Assembly (NCBI GenBank): GCA_021613535.1
Contig: CP075492.1
Location: 2,914,001-2,978,000 of the forward strand
Origin: Adineta vaga
Taxonomy: Eukaryota; Animalia; Rotifera
Reading direction: 5' to 3'
Length of the DNA stretch: 64,000 nt
Shown in pieces: positions 38,701 through 52,432 of the stretch. Positions within the stretch are counted from its first letter, which is position 1. The number at the start of each line of letters is the position of its first letter. The translations under genes and the position numbers were made by a program. The notes beneath the pieces are model-generated. The model saw only the letters and a list, made by a program, of their open reading frames with translations. It ran no database searches and was not told the origin of the DNA.

Positions 38701-40589
38701 ATCTCAATCGTCATATCGAACAGTTGTATTCAGAACAAAGACATTCTTTTCCGAAAGAAATGATCCTCTATCGCGGGCAAGGTCTATCACAAGCAGACTT
38801 CAAGAAACTACAAGAAATGGGTGGTGGTCTTTTATCATTCAATAGCTTTTTATCTACCAGTCATGATCGCAACGTGTCGCTCGGATTCGCCGCGAAAGCT
38901 TTAAAAAAACCTAATCATGTTGGAGTTCTGTTCATAATGACAGTTGATTCCACCTGTCCATCTTCACCCTTTGTTCTCATCGATACGGAAGGTTATTATC
39001 AAGGCATGGAGAAAGAGATTCTTTTTTCGATGAACTCCATTTTTCGCATTGGGAACGTAAAGAAACATCAAACTACAAAGGATCTATTTGAAATAGAACT
39101 GACGCTAACTGGTAATCATGATCACCAACTGCAGAAACTTACTGAAACAATCAGGGAGGAGATTTCAGGATCAACTGGATGGCATCGATTGGGCAAATTA
39201 CTACTTCAATCTGGTGATTTGGAGCAAGCTGAATCTCTGTACCTACTGCTTTTGACAAGTACAGCTGAGAATGACTCAGCTGAAATCGGTTTTCTCAATC
39301 ATCAATTGGGTCAAGTGTATTCAGGCAAGGGAGAGCACTCAAAAGCACTTGAATACTATGAGAAAGCACACAAAATCTCTGAACAAGCTCTTCCTCCAAC
39401 TCATCCTGATTTGGCTGCAATTTACAGCAACATCGGTCGAGTGTATTCACACATGGGAGAGTACTCAAAAGCACTTGAATACTATGAGAAAGATCTCGAA
39501 ATCTCTGAACAAGCTCTTCCTCCAACTCATCCTGATTTGGCAACAAGTTACAACAACATCGGTCGAGTGTATGCAGACATGGGAGAGTACTCAAAAGCAC
39601 TTGAATACTATGAGAAAGATCTCGAAATCACAAAACAAGCTCTTCCTCCAACTCATCCATCATTGGCTACAAGTTACAACAACATTGGTCTGGTGTATTC
39701 AGACATGGGAGAGTACTCAAAAGCACTTGAATACTATGAGAAAGCACACAAAATCTATGAACAAGCTCTTCCTCCAACTCATCCTGATTTGGCAACAAGT
39801 TACAGCAACATTGGTCAAGCGTATTCATACATGGGAGAGTACTCAAGAGCACTTGAATACTATGAGAAAGATCTCGAAATCACAAAACAAGCTCTTCCTC
39901 CAACTCATCCTTCATTGACTACAAGTTACAGCAACATCGGTCGAGTGTATTCGGACATGGGAGAGTATGCAAAAGCACTTGAATACTATGAGAGAGCACA
40001 TAAAATCTATGAACAATCTCTTCCTCCAACTGATCCTTCATTCGCGGGAATCTATAGTTGTTTGGGAAGATTGTATCGATCGATGAAAAATTATACAAAG
40101 GCGCACAAATATTTTGAACAAACACTGGAGATAGATAGAAAAACTATAGGAGAGGTACATCCGTATATAGCCATCACGTACGGTAATATTGGAGATGTTC
40201 ACAGATGGATGGGAGATGCAGAAACTGCGCGCTCGTTCTTGAAGAAAGCACTGAATATACAGGAGAATGTCACTTGTGATCCCACTTCTCTAGCTTGGAC
40301 ATATAGTTACATGGGAGAAACGTATCGTGTGATGAAACAGTACGCAACAGCATTGGAATATCACGAAAAAGCTCAAAAGATCCGTGAAAAATCTCTCCCT
40401 CCAACACATCCTGATTTGGCAGCAACACAACATCATTTGGCCAGAATTTATTTCGAGATGAACCAATATCAAGTTGCAAAGGAACATGCTCAACGAGCTA
40501 TCGAGATAGCTGAGCAAAAACTGTCTGAAAAACATCCGGATCTATTGGAATACAAAGAAACACTCTCGTCATTACAAAAAGAAATCTAA
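35744..40589 (+). CDS. Receiver-like domain + ART domain + TPR-array protein (exon 35744-35948 probably spliced to 37975-40589)
   Basis: LIWLD..IDSIYIFC N-domain; PIWWYTRE; LYRGQG, FLSTS, EKEILF ART motifs; 42-aa TPR repeats; compatible phase-1 splice sites. Confidence 0.9.
39306..40061 (+). repeat. Six near-identical 126-bp tandem coding repeats (TPR units)
   Basis: Repeated GGAGAGTACTCAAAAGCACTTGAATACTATGAGAAAG..CTCTTCCTCCAACTCATCC with 126-bp period. Confidence 0.95.
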
Positions 40590-43500
40590 AGATTGTTTTA
40601 TTAGTTTCTTACTCAATAAATAATCGCCTTGTGTTTGCTTGTCTAATCGAAATTAAATGAAAGTGTCAGAAAAGATTGGCAATGAAGTATTGTGTTGTTG
40701 CGTTAGATTTGAATTTCTCACAGGAAACATGATCAGATTGTACATTATTCTATAGCCTAATAGAGTTTGGAATCATGTCATTTTGAGATAAACTAATGTA
40801 TGATGCGTTTACAGGATATTTTTATCATACAGGAAAAGACCTCATGTTCACTGAAAGAACCGTTTGTCTAGGATATTGAGGAATATTTTTATATTTAATA
40901 AATTTTAGGGAAAATCAGAAATATCAGATCATAGTTTGGTACGTTTTACTCTGTAGATTAATCATGAATACTATAGAGTTAAATGTTTTTTGCTGGGATA
41001 AATTACTTTACATAGAGAATGAAAAAATATTTTTGAGATCTTAGAAAATATTGATTTGAGGTCTGTGCATTTCTAATTTCATTAGTCTATTAATAAAATA
41101 CATATAATATTTATCCTTTGTTTTTTTTGTCTCTAACTCTTCACACTTGACGGATATTTTTCATGCGGAGGAGACCGACGTGTTGATATTGTATCAAAAG
41201 AGAATGAATATATATGTTCATAGAACAGTCTTGTGATAGATCTCTCTATATAGTATTTTTTGCAAATGTTATCTGCTCGTCAACCGAAACATTTCAACAA
41301 ATTAAAAGGCTCTTATTGATTCTTACAACGATGTGTTCTTTCATTTTTCAGATCTTTCATATCGTCGAAGCTTACATGGATATTGATTTAGTATTGAAAA
41401 TAGTCAAAACGGGTTTTCATTTCATTGTATCTTCGATCACTGATTGTTGTCCATGTGTTGCAACCGGTCAGAGATCGTTTTATAAACGTGATTGTCCTCA
41501 AAACAATCTTTCTCGACAATCATTTCGATTAGTTGTTCTAGCATGTGATCGTAATGTTAATTGCGATACTACTAGGTGCTGACGTTGTATTGAATTAATT
41601 CTTGAAAGTGATTCAAGAGATAGAACTATTGAATATCTTCGTCAATGGCCTTGTGCACAAATTTATACATATAAAAGATTAGCATCAACATATCTAGATC
41701 GCAGTGGCGTAGCCAGGATTTACAGATAAATGGATAAAATGACTAATTTCGAAAAAAACATTGGACAGGAAGGGCAAGGTTTTTTCAATGGGCTGAAGAT
41801 TTTGAACTCGATAAAAATTTGTAAAATTAGAAGAATCGCATCTTGTTAAAGCTGATTGGATTCTTATCAGTGATTTTTTTCGATTTTCAGTAACTACTTC
41901 GTCATTTCTAATAAATTTTCGATGAAATTATTAATGAACTTCATAAAAACCCAATTGCCATTGAATGTGCTTTAATTAAAGTACTTACGTTCATGCAATC
42001 TTTGGTGATGCTGGATTATTCAAAAAAAAGAAATAATCCATAGAAATGTCGATACAATGGTATGAGAATGAATTGTGAATATGTTTCATTTCTTCTACTC
42101 ATTAGGAAAACATACAAAGGACGAATTTGTATTGACTCAAATTTTCAGATTTAAATGTGTGTAAGTATTGGCAATTCCAGAGTATTAGTCGTATCCTGAA
42201 GAAAAAACTAAACGTAGATAACGAACGAGTCAAAACATATTCACGTTTTTACTATTATTTATATTGTATTTTCATGACTCATAGGGAAATTCCACTTTAT
42301 TACTTCATCTTTCTCTGTTTTTTTTTTATTCAATGTTACCTGATATTCATGATGATACAACAGTTACTTGAAGAGCATTTGTTCTATTCGACGATGTTGA
42401 ACATCGCGAAATAGAATGTATTCTTTAACAAAAAAAAGAACGTCAATATCATCGTAGATCCATAAATATATTCCATTATCGAAGTAAAATTAATCAAATA
42501 CGTCTCTATTAATGAACAGTAGAAATAGTTACCCTGTCACACTGACATAACTCGTCTATTCATTCGAAAGAATTCAAATATTGATAAGAATAGAAATTAC
42601 AATATAAATTGTATGTATTATCTCTTTCTTTGATAATCAACAAAGAAAATCTTCACGAAACAAAAAGCTATTTTGAAACCGAAGAATTAATTCATCTAAT
42701 ACAATTATAATTTAAATGAAGTTAACTATGGATATTTGATAAATCACTTTTTTCTCATTTTCTGAATAAAAATTTGTATAATACGATATGAGGGTGGGTG
42801 TTAAAGATGTATCTAATTTGATATCGAAGCGATAACACAAAGTCATATATAACGGTTGTCGTAAAAGAACCCGTGTGTCGAGGATGTCAGATAATGTTTT
42901 CCAGCTACCAAGATCGTACATTTCGTCTCGAGAGGGGAGTGCGAGTATAAATCGAAAAACTAAAAAATTATCCCCACATTTTTATTACTAAAATAGTGAT
43001 ATAATTATATGGAAAACAAGTTGAATGATTGACTTTCAAAAACGAGTACATCATCTTATTGATAATCATCTAGAAAAATTGCATATGTTAAAATAGAATC
43101 AGACTCTCTATTCTCACAATCACACCTACTCAATGTACAGAAGGAACATATTTATATTTAACATGTTGTGATGAAGATGGTATAGTTGTTAAAAAAATTA
43201 GTTCGAAACCAATTATATTCACACCAACTCTTCTCGATTTAATGGACAAACTTGAACGACATACAATGTGTCTTAAGTGTTGTAAAAAATCATCATGTTG
43301 TGATACAGTTTGATAATTTTCTTTTTGATTATTCTTCTCTGATATTCGTTTTTTTTTATAAATGCGACTGAAGATGACAATGAAAATTTACATCCAAAAC
43401 ACTGATACACATGTTTTTACTCTTTCAAACGTCATTAATCGTAGAATGACCGATGATTAAATTAATTTATTTGATTTAAAAGAAAGTATTGTGAATTTAT

Positions 43501-44315
43501 TGAAATAAAAAAAGAAAAGAAAAATGACATAAAGTAAATCTTTTCACTATTAAATCTAAATGAAAATGAATTTATTCTGTTATTTATTTATTTCAATTGA
43601 AATATGTTCATTGATCAAATACATTTTCTTTTTGATACACTTATAACACAAATAAAGAATTTCTTTGATTATTTTCAATTGATTCATATTTACCACCGCA
43701 TATAAATAAGAAATAAGAAACGCATAAACTTGTCAAAATACCCATGATAGTTTTCCACATGAATCAAATGAATATCCTGAAATATTATTATAAATAGTTG
43801 CAATTAATATTGGTGTCATGATTGGAATATCATCAAATATTTGAACATATAATATGAATGAAATTTACAGTAAAGCAATGATTGATTTATTCAATCGATG
43901 GAAAAATCCATTGTTCATAATAAATGTTAAAAGACCATAAGAATAAATTATTGATTGTTGAGATATTGAAGTTAAAAGAATATCAAAGTAATAATTGTAC
44001 CACACCCTCAATTCAAAAGAATTGAAACTTTAATAACTATAGTCTCTTGTAACATAGTGCATATTATTATAGGTCTTTCTCGTTATCTTATCAAGATTGA
44101 AAATGATTTCAACTAAGATTATTTTTCGAATAGTACAATCAATTATGTGGATCCATTTGTAATTCAATTCGAACTTAATTGAAGAATATTTTCAAATATA
44201 AATATCAATATATCATAAAATCAACATACTAGAAAGAAAATAATAAATGAATCATCTCTATCCACTCCTGATTATTCGCATCTCTTACTGTTGAACAGAA
44301 ATAAGAAACTATTAT

Positions 44316-44780
44316 TTAACAAGAATACAAGTTAATGTCATCAAGAGCTATGTCGTTTCCATAGCTACTAAAACTATTCGATATCATCAATAAGATGAGC
44401 GAAGTGTCAGGTACTACAATTGATATACCATATTTGTTCCAAGTCATGTCAATATGTTCGGATATATCGCCTGAACTTTGTTCTGCAATCAATATGTTTC
44501 TTGATGTATCCGTTCAAATTTGAAATAATACATTTGAACCAGATACACCAACTAGAAAGTTTAGATTAGCTGCGTATATCGAGAATTTATATGCTTGACC
44601 ACAATATATAAATCATTGAGTGTCATTAGGTGTATGATCTAAGGTTCCACGATATCAATATCCAAGATTAGGAAGTTCATTCATTAAAGCAAAATTTCCG
44701 TCATTTATTGAGTTTATAAATACTTGAATATGTTCTTTTGTGAAATTAAAATCAGAAGGAATTTTTGTAGAAATCACATC
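44316..44780 (-). pseudogene. Pseudogene of a Bacteroidetes-like extracellular domain (DHTPND...GNDIALDDI type)
   Basis: Manual translation: FNFTKEHIQ..DGNFALMNELP..GTLDHTPND..CGQAYKFSIYAAN..WNKYG..SN..GNDIALDDINLYSC with three in-frame TGA stops. Confidence 0.65.
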
Positions 44781-45198
44781 ACTACTATTATAGTTATGTT
44801 ATCATTAGGAAACGAATCAGCAGATACTATGAAAATAATAATAACTTAGTAACACCATCTTGAGAGTGGGTGTGAGTGTGAGTAGGTGCAGAATTAATAC
44901 AATACCCACACACACACCCACACCCCTCCTCAGCTATGAACATCCGTAAGAAAAATATTCACTGAATCGCCATTTATCTTATCTAGAACAAGACATATTA
45001 CTACCAACCGCAAAATTAAAATGTCCAAGCATCATCATTACAATCATGAAGAATTACAGGCTTAATTCAGACAATTTACTTAGCGAATGAATGATGACGT
45101 ACAAAATAATTTCATTCACTTATCATTAGTCTCAACCATTCAATCAATTTCGCATGAATTTGCATACAGAACTTCTACGATAAATAATTCTAATTTCC

Positions 45199-47647
45199 TT
45201 AGACATTTAGTATTTTGAAAAAGAAGAAAATAAACATAAGGAAAATATTGATTGTCTGTTTATTTCCAATTGATTTTTGACATATCTCCGTTGGTAAATC
45301 TTTATATGTTGGTAATGCAGGAAGATCCTCATGTTGCATATCTCCTGATCGACCATAGAACAATCTACGTGGAGCAGTATTATAAAATTCTTGCCATTGA
45401 TTAGCTACTTCCGATGTCCATGTAATGTTACTTAACCATCGTCTTACAGCACTTTTACTTGGTGTACTATATAATCGATCAAGAAAATGAAAATCAAATT
45501 AAATTTCTATCAATAATAGAAAACCTACGATGAAACGTTCATCATTTTTTGCCAAGCAGAAGGATGATTAATACTTCCACACATATACATATCATTCATT
45601 CGAGGATAATAAGTAAACATATGAAGACACATCTCTTCTTTCGTTTTTTCACCACCCTAAGAAAGAACAGAAGAAAAAAAACGATATTCAATACATAAGT
45701 TGATTATCCTATATTTACCCATGTTACTTCATTCTTATTCATCGTATTGTAAATACATCGTGTAGCAAAAGCATCACCCTAAATCACATATTTGAAATAG
45801 AATAAAATCGTCTTTTTTTTGTCAAAAAGAAAATTAACTAACTGGATAGAGTTTAATTGGTTTCGATAATAGATTATTAAATTGATAATTAAAATCAAAT
45901 GCATCGCCATTAAATAAATATTTTTCAGCTACACCATTACGAATAATCTTAGTCCAAACAGTTTTTCCTTGTAAATGTGTATGAGGAAGTGCTGCGGTAA
46001 CTGTAATACCATCTTTCGGATAATTCTAATAGAATATTTCTCTAAATTCTATGAAATTAGTTTCTTATAAAATTCCTACTTGACTACCATTGGCTGTACA
46101 ATATGAATCAACAATAAAATTTTCGACTTTAGGTGGAATAGCAAGAGCAAACGTATTTGAAGATGTTCCGAAGGTAAGAAATCCAAGTTCTTGTGGACGA
46201 AGTTCATTATTGACATAGAAACGAATACCAGAACTATCTTGACGACCTTAAATTCAAATCGAATTAACATTTTACAAAACAGAAATATATAGTTTCATAC
46301 CTGATTGTAATTTAGGATTATCGTAATGCATTTGAATTAAATAATATTTTATTGGAAAATCACCACCAATAGGATATCCAGCTTGTTCAGGAAATTCTAA
46401 CATCTAGAAAAATGTATTCTATATAATTTCTTTTCTTTTTTTCATAGGATAGTCCAATTATCTTACAAAATCTCCTCCTACAGCCCATCCAGTAGCAAGA
46501 TTTGATGTACACATATCTAATTGATCATATAAATCATCACATAAACCATCGGGAAGATTATTATCATCAAAAACAGTTGAAGGAGCACATTCATACAATA
46601 ATAAATGATGAATAAGATCAACATTCGATGGATCAATGATCATTTTATGCTTAAAATTAATTCATTGAAATTCAATTTTAATTCAATTTTATTAATATAA
46701 CTTACAGCAATTGCATGTCGTCTAGTAGTAAAACCAGGTGGTGCTTTGTGTATTTTACAATGATAGGTAGTATCCGTTGAAGGAACAAGATACTAAAAAG
46801 ATCGATCGAATGAATACATATTAAAGAGAATACGAAGAAGACAAACATTATTTAATCTCCATTCAAATGATTCATGACCAGCAAATTTGTCTTCAGATGG
46901 TGGATCATTATATGAACGAAGTGGAATACGACGTGAACCTCGTCGAGTATCATGATATGATATATCACCATTAGATTGATCAGGATCAACAAGACCATAG
47001 GCAAAGATTAAATTATTTGTTCCACTCTATTTTATTGAAGTATTTAGAAAAAGAAATGAAATGAAATAATCTTTTTTTTTAAATACTTTAATAGGATAAT
47101 CCATTGTATCACATGTATCAAGTAAACGTTTGAATTGAACAGCTGTCCAACCATTTTGTTCACGACCTTGTAAAACAAACCAATCTTGAGTTGTACTATC
47201 AATCAATGGTTTAGATTCACCAGATGCATATCGATCCTATATAGAATGAAATATATTCATATAGATAGAGATTCAGAAGCAATTCACGATCCAAATCATT
47301 TACTTGAAGAGTAACATTTCCTAGAGAATCTACCCACATAATAGCAATATCTGCTCCTTTCATACCACCAGCTATAGAATTAGTTTTTATTGATTAAATT
47401 ATATAATATGGGATGAAATTTTACCTGGACTAATTCCTAATGCAATCCAGCCAGTACTTTTAATATGTAATTCAAAAATAATTTCTTCTTTCGTATCATT
47501 TACAGACCAGAAAAGATCAGCAACATTTACTTGAAGTTCAGCGGAATGTTTGTATTGAGTAAATGGTGTAATAGGAGTTGTTATACCAGTGCACTGATTG
47601 ATGAAAAACCATAATGCACAGATTGGAATAATGATCCACGACCACAT
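45199..47647 (-). CDS. DBH-like monooxygenase (MOXD1-like; DOMON + copper type II monooxygenase), many short introns
   Basis: DOMON GWIALGISP|GGMKGADI, FKRLLDTCD; IHHLLLYEC, WAVGG, MHYDNP, PHTHLQG, EEMCLH..YYPR; hydrophobic C-tail. Confidence 0.92.
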
Positions 47648-49138
47648 CGGACAAAAAGGATCGTTAGTATAGAATTTGTATTCTTTTCTTTTCTCAGTTA
47701 TATATATTCTAAAGATTAGTAATTATGTTCGCGTTCTTTATAAACCTTCTTTGTCACAAAGTAAATATCTTTCCCCTGAAATATTTTGTTCTACGTAATA
47801 CATCATGACATTGTATTTACTCTGACGATAACAACTTGAAATGAATCATAGTTAAGAAATAGTTTTTGTCACATTTTATGACAACAGATTTCAGTTATAG
47901 TTCTACTTCCAATATAGTAACAAAAAAGGGTGTGTGTGTGTGAAGAAATGATTCTATTAATATGCTCAAAACTTATATAGATCTATTTATTCATAGAGAA
48001 ATAATATGAAAATAAAGAATTCTTTGAAAAAAAAGAAAGAATCAATAGAGTTCTGTAAGTTTTGAGGGTGGGTGAGGATGGGTATGAATATTTTCTTATT
48101 CACCCACACCACACCCACCCACATCCTCAAGATTAATGAATAGAATTTGATTTGCTCTTTCTGAATATTATCATATAGATTGTCAATAGTTATAGAAACT
48201 ACACTCATTTTTTTTTATAAAATTCTTTAATAGACAGTTTTCTCGTTTCTCTATTCTATACACTTACTCATAAAAACGAATGATCCTATATTTGAAAAAA
48301 CTTGTTCAAAGGCAAACAACTTTTACACGTAACACTTCTATATCTGCCTTTTCAATTCATAGACAAACGTTAAAATTTCATCCGACTCTTTAAAAAGTCC
48401 CATTTGACCAATTCTGTAACGGCTAATATGTTTTTCAATAACTTCGCTTTGGAGAGAGAAAAACAAATAAAACTGATAACGGTAATAGATTTAATTAGTC
48501 TTTATGTGCAGTAAAACTTTTAATGAGTTTACATTTATTAAAGAGAAGATACAAGTATTACAAGTTGACAAAATGAAATTTCGTAACGCTGATTATGCCG
48601 ATATATGATCAAGTTATTATCTAATAGAGCCGAAATCTTTTGAAGATATTTCATTATTCGATCCATACCAGTTCCGTCTTCAATTCTTCTAATGCTCCAT
48701 TAGTGTTGTTGAATTTATAACAAAGTACCTCTCCTGTAACTGCAGCTAAATAATCATAGGAAGAATTTTTATATAATGTTATACTATTTATTGAAATAAC
48801 TTTGTCGAAATGTTTTTTTCATAGAAAGGTATTTCGTGGACAATATTTCCTCAAAAGTTAACTTTTTTTTCATTTGAAAATAAAAGAATTCTCAAGGTAT
48901 TTTTTAATTATCTTTACCTGTTTCTCAACAAGAGATGTTATTATTCCTGGTCTAATACTCTGAGATGATTAACTAAATATGATTACTGCTGCTCTAAGAT
49001 ATTCAACAAGCTGAAAAGAAAAATGTGGAAATGCAGAAAACGATGACACTCTCAGGCTATTTATCCCAATAAAATTGTTTATTTTAAGGCTCACAATGGT
49101 AGATATACTCCTTTATCTTACAATTAAGTTTGATTTTG

Positions 49139-49624
49139 TTATATTGCTTTTGAGAAAACATTCTGACAAAAAAAATTCATTTGATTAACAATATACTTAC
49201 AATTTTTATAAATCAAAACTAAATTTCTTTGTTTATCATATACTGGTAATGAAACAGATATAAATCTGAAAGAAATTAAATTCTCTCTTCTCAATAGCCA
49301 CTTTTCATAGGAACTTTTCGAATTATATTTATTTGTAATTGTACCATTTTTATCAATAAAATATCCTTTTGACAGATCACTTTTAAGTGTTAATTCTACA
49401 GATTCTTGATTTTTTTCGGTAAATTGACGAATTAATGGTTGACAATCAAATCCATTGTAATAAGATTCCTTCAAGTTCCACCTATCCGTTTTAGAATTTA
49501 CAACTAAAATATCATCATGTTCAGAAAGTTTTGGTAAAATTAATGACAATAATTCGTCATCAGAATATAACGACAGAAAAGTTGCACTGTGCATAATTAA
49601 CATGAATAATACGTAGCTAAACAT
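49139..49624 (-). CDS. Hypothetical, possibly secreted protein; 3' end uncertain
   Basis: 161-aa ORF with a hydrophobic N-terminus and TATA-like sequence upstream; possible donor GTAAGT near 49200 with no clear downstream exon. Confidence 0.45.
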   Translation of the reverse strand: MFSYVLFMLIMHSATFLSLYSDDELLSLILPKLSEHDDILVVNSKTDRWNLKESYYNGFDCQPLIRQFTEKNQESVELTLKSDLSKGYFIDKNGTITNKYNSKSSYEKWLLRRENLISFRFISVSLPVYDKQRNLVLIYKNCKYIVNQMNFFCQNVFSKAI

Positions 49625-50643
49625 CTTTATTATTTTTGTTCTGGAATATATTAAAAACGAATAAAATAAAATAATGAATACTAACTTGTAAGGTTTTTAA
49701 TTGATAATATATATAAAAGAAGAAATAATAAGTTTTATTTTGAAAAAGAGAATTATTTCAAAAGAAAATCAATAAATTAATGAGTAACAATAATTCTTCT
49801 AATGAACTAAAATAATTAAAATAAAATATATCATTCTCAATTTTCTAGAATTTAGTGAATTGAAATATAAAAACGAATAAATATCGATGTCTTCGCATAC
49901 AACGATTGAACAACAAACGTATGTTATATTCTACCTGTCTTTATTTTAATCCTTTTTTGCCTCTTTATATATACAAAGGATATCTTTTAAGCTATGTGAC
50001 TAGGACGAATGAGCATAAAAGAATAGACGTGATTAACATTTGAATATATAAAAGTAACATGAGGATCTACTTATTCATGCGACATTGTGTCTCATTTCAT
50101 CAGAATAATCTAACTATTGACGCAGACGATAATCAATTCAAACAATGTAAATCTTCATTGAAATTATTGTATTGAGTTTCATTAAATAGATCAATGTAAA
50201 GAAATATATGAGAAGAAAATTTACGTTTTACATTTCTTGTGAATTGAACAAATATATACTTAAATGATATAAAAAATATCTATGGAAGGACGTATTGAAA
50301 ACGCCGACCGAAAAGTGTTGAGAGTGACGGTGTAGATGTGGATGAAGATAAGGCATAGAATGAGTTTAGACTTTGATTGGGTCTTGGAGGTAAATGGCAT
50401 TAGGAAACAGCTTTTGTGTGACCATCTATTATACAACCAAAAAATAAAAAAATAGTTATTTCATTTGATTAGAAAACAGGAAAAATATGTGTATTGATAA
50501 TGATTTATAACTATTTTAGAGATAAATCATTCGACATATTCATATGTGCGTGATTATTATAAATTCTATGTTTGTCTTGCAATGAACAATGATAAATTAT
50601 CTATATTCACTCATGCAATAAGGGTGAGGGTGAGAGATAACCT

Positions 50644-50687
50644 GCAATGACCGGTTTCGACTGAATTTCACAGTCTCGTCAGATGGC
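50644..50687 (-). ncRNA. Minimal type I hammerhead ribozyme motif
   Basis: Minus strand GCCAT-CTGACGA-GACTG(TGAAATT)CAGTC-GAAA-CCGGTC-ATTGC: conserved core, perfect 5-bp stem II, palindromic ACCGGT stem III, GUC site; stem I 4/5 paired. Confidence 0.8.
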
Positions 50688-52432
50688 TTAATAGCTTAAA
50701 CATGATCAAATTCTTGTGGGTGAGGGTGTGGTTCTTATGCTCTCATCCACACCCACACCCTCTCCCCAAGCACCTTCCCATCGCAAGAAAGAACAAGTTT
50801 TGATTTTTTCATAGAGAAGAGTAAATTCGTCTTTAGTCAAGCTATGCGTGAAGGGGCTTTTTTGTCCCCAGATCTGATCATCCTTTGCAGTATGATTTCC
50901 ACTTACGATAGGAGTATTGCTTACACTTGTGCTAATGGAGAGATAAGTGTTGGATAGCGATAAAAGGAATTCAGAATGAATTTCTGATGTTCCAGATTTA
51001 CCAGGGTTTCAAAGGATCGTATAGACATTTTTTCTTAACCTTGTGTAAGATAGAACGATAAATGCAATGTCTAAATAATTTTGTGGAGAGTGCAAGAATT
51101 TTAACTGTATCGTAACCAGATATTTTTGTTCATCCTTTTCATGATGGATTCTCACTTCCTTTTTTAACACATCAATGCGATTCAGTTTTCTTTGAAATAT
51201 TGAGTCAATTCGGAAATCTGCGCATAATAAGTACACCTATTTGTTACTGCCTTATATTCTACCGATATTTTCTTCCCCTTCTTCCCATCAACACGTCATG
51301 AGTCATGAGTCTGGTTCTGTGATCAAAGGGGAAATTTCTTACGTCATTCTTTCGTTCTTTGAAATCTATACATAGTACACATAGAGAGAATATTCTCAAG
51401 CTTTCTTCCTTTATCCTGTCTCTCTGTTTTTTCATATACAAGTTGGTCCATAAATAAACTACTACGTAACAAGATATTCAAACTTCTCTTTCTTCAATGA
51501 TTTTCCAACACGCAATATATGAAATCACATGGCTATAGTTTCTTCTATTCATGAGAAATATTATGCGAAAATTTGCCTACAATGCTCCAATACATATGTG
51601 GACATAATTTGAATGTTTTTTTTTCATCGTTGTATCACGCCAAAAGAAAACGAAATTGGGGATAATACGCATATCATGAAAACATTATTACTCATTGAAT
51701 CACCTGAATGAATGTGAATGGGAGAAAAATCAAACAATTTCAATGAGTCAGAATGAAATATGTTTCGTTGGTTGCTGTCTATTTGACGCAAATGTCAAGG
51801 TTGGTTGATTTCATAAACTAGTCAATGCTGAAAAAAACTAAATTACCTTTACCAACTATAAAAACAAACGAAATCAGCTACACAGGCATAAAGCAAACTC
51901 GCATATCTCACAACTATATCGTACAATACGCATGTAAGTTTGACTTTTAATATTAATTCGACCTTAGTGTTAAGACTTAAAGTTGAATTCAAGTGTATTG
52001 ATATATTGGCGTTACTCTTCAATAATTCTCCATTTTCTTCTATATATTGTTCCTTTCTCTGTACATCTCTCTTCCATGTAAAGGTATGCTCAATGTCAAA
52101 TAGAGATGGGTAGGATAGGATCAGGGTAAGAAATCCGTTATATAGGGCATAGGGTGTGGGTGAGGGTGTGGGTGTGAGTATGGATACTGTATTCACCTAG
52201 CACCCACATCCACGATAGATGACATAGAAGTTCCCTTGAAAAATTCCTCTCCATGGTCTACTTCATTTGTGCGCTATTCTTTGAACAAAAGCATGAAAGG
52301 GAGAGGGCACGATTCTCGTCGTGGAATAATCAAATATTCGCTCAATCCGTTAATTAATTGTCATAATATCTTTTTATTATCTAGCACAGGAAACACTGGA
52401 ATTAACCGTTATCTAAGGGTATCTATTGGTCT

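Noticed and set aside
39271-40125. Repetitive ORFs in alternative frames and on the opposite strand; possible CRISPR-like array
   Set aside because: They are shadows of the 126-bp TPR coding repeats; there are no unique spacers and no cas genes.
50780-51460. Possible Penelope/Athena coding remnant next to the hammerhead
   Set aside because: Manual translation gave only short, stop-ridden frames with no RT or GIY-YIG motif.
52250-52330. Possible tRNA-like sequence upstream of the bacterial-type gene
   Set aside because: No consistent cloverleaf or intact A/B boxes.
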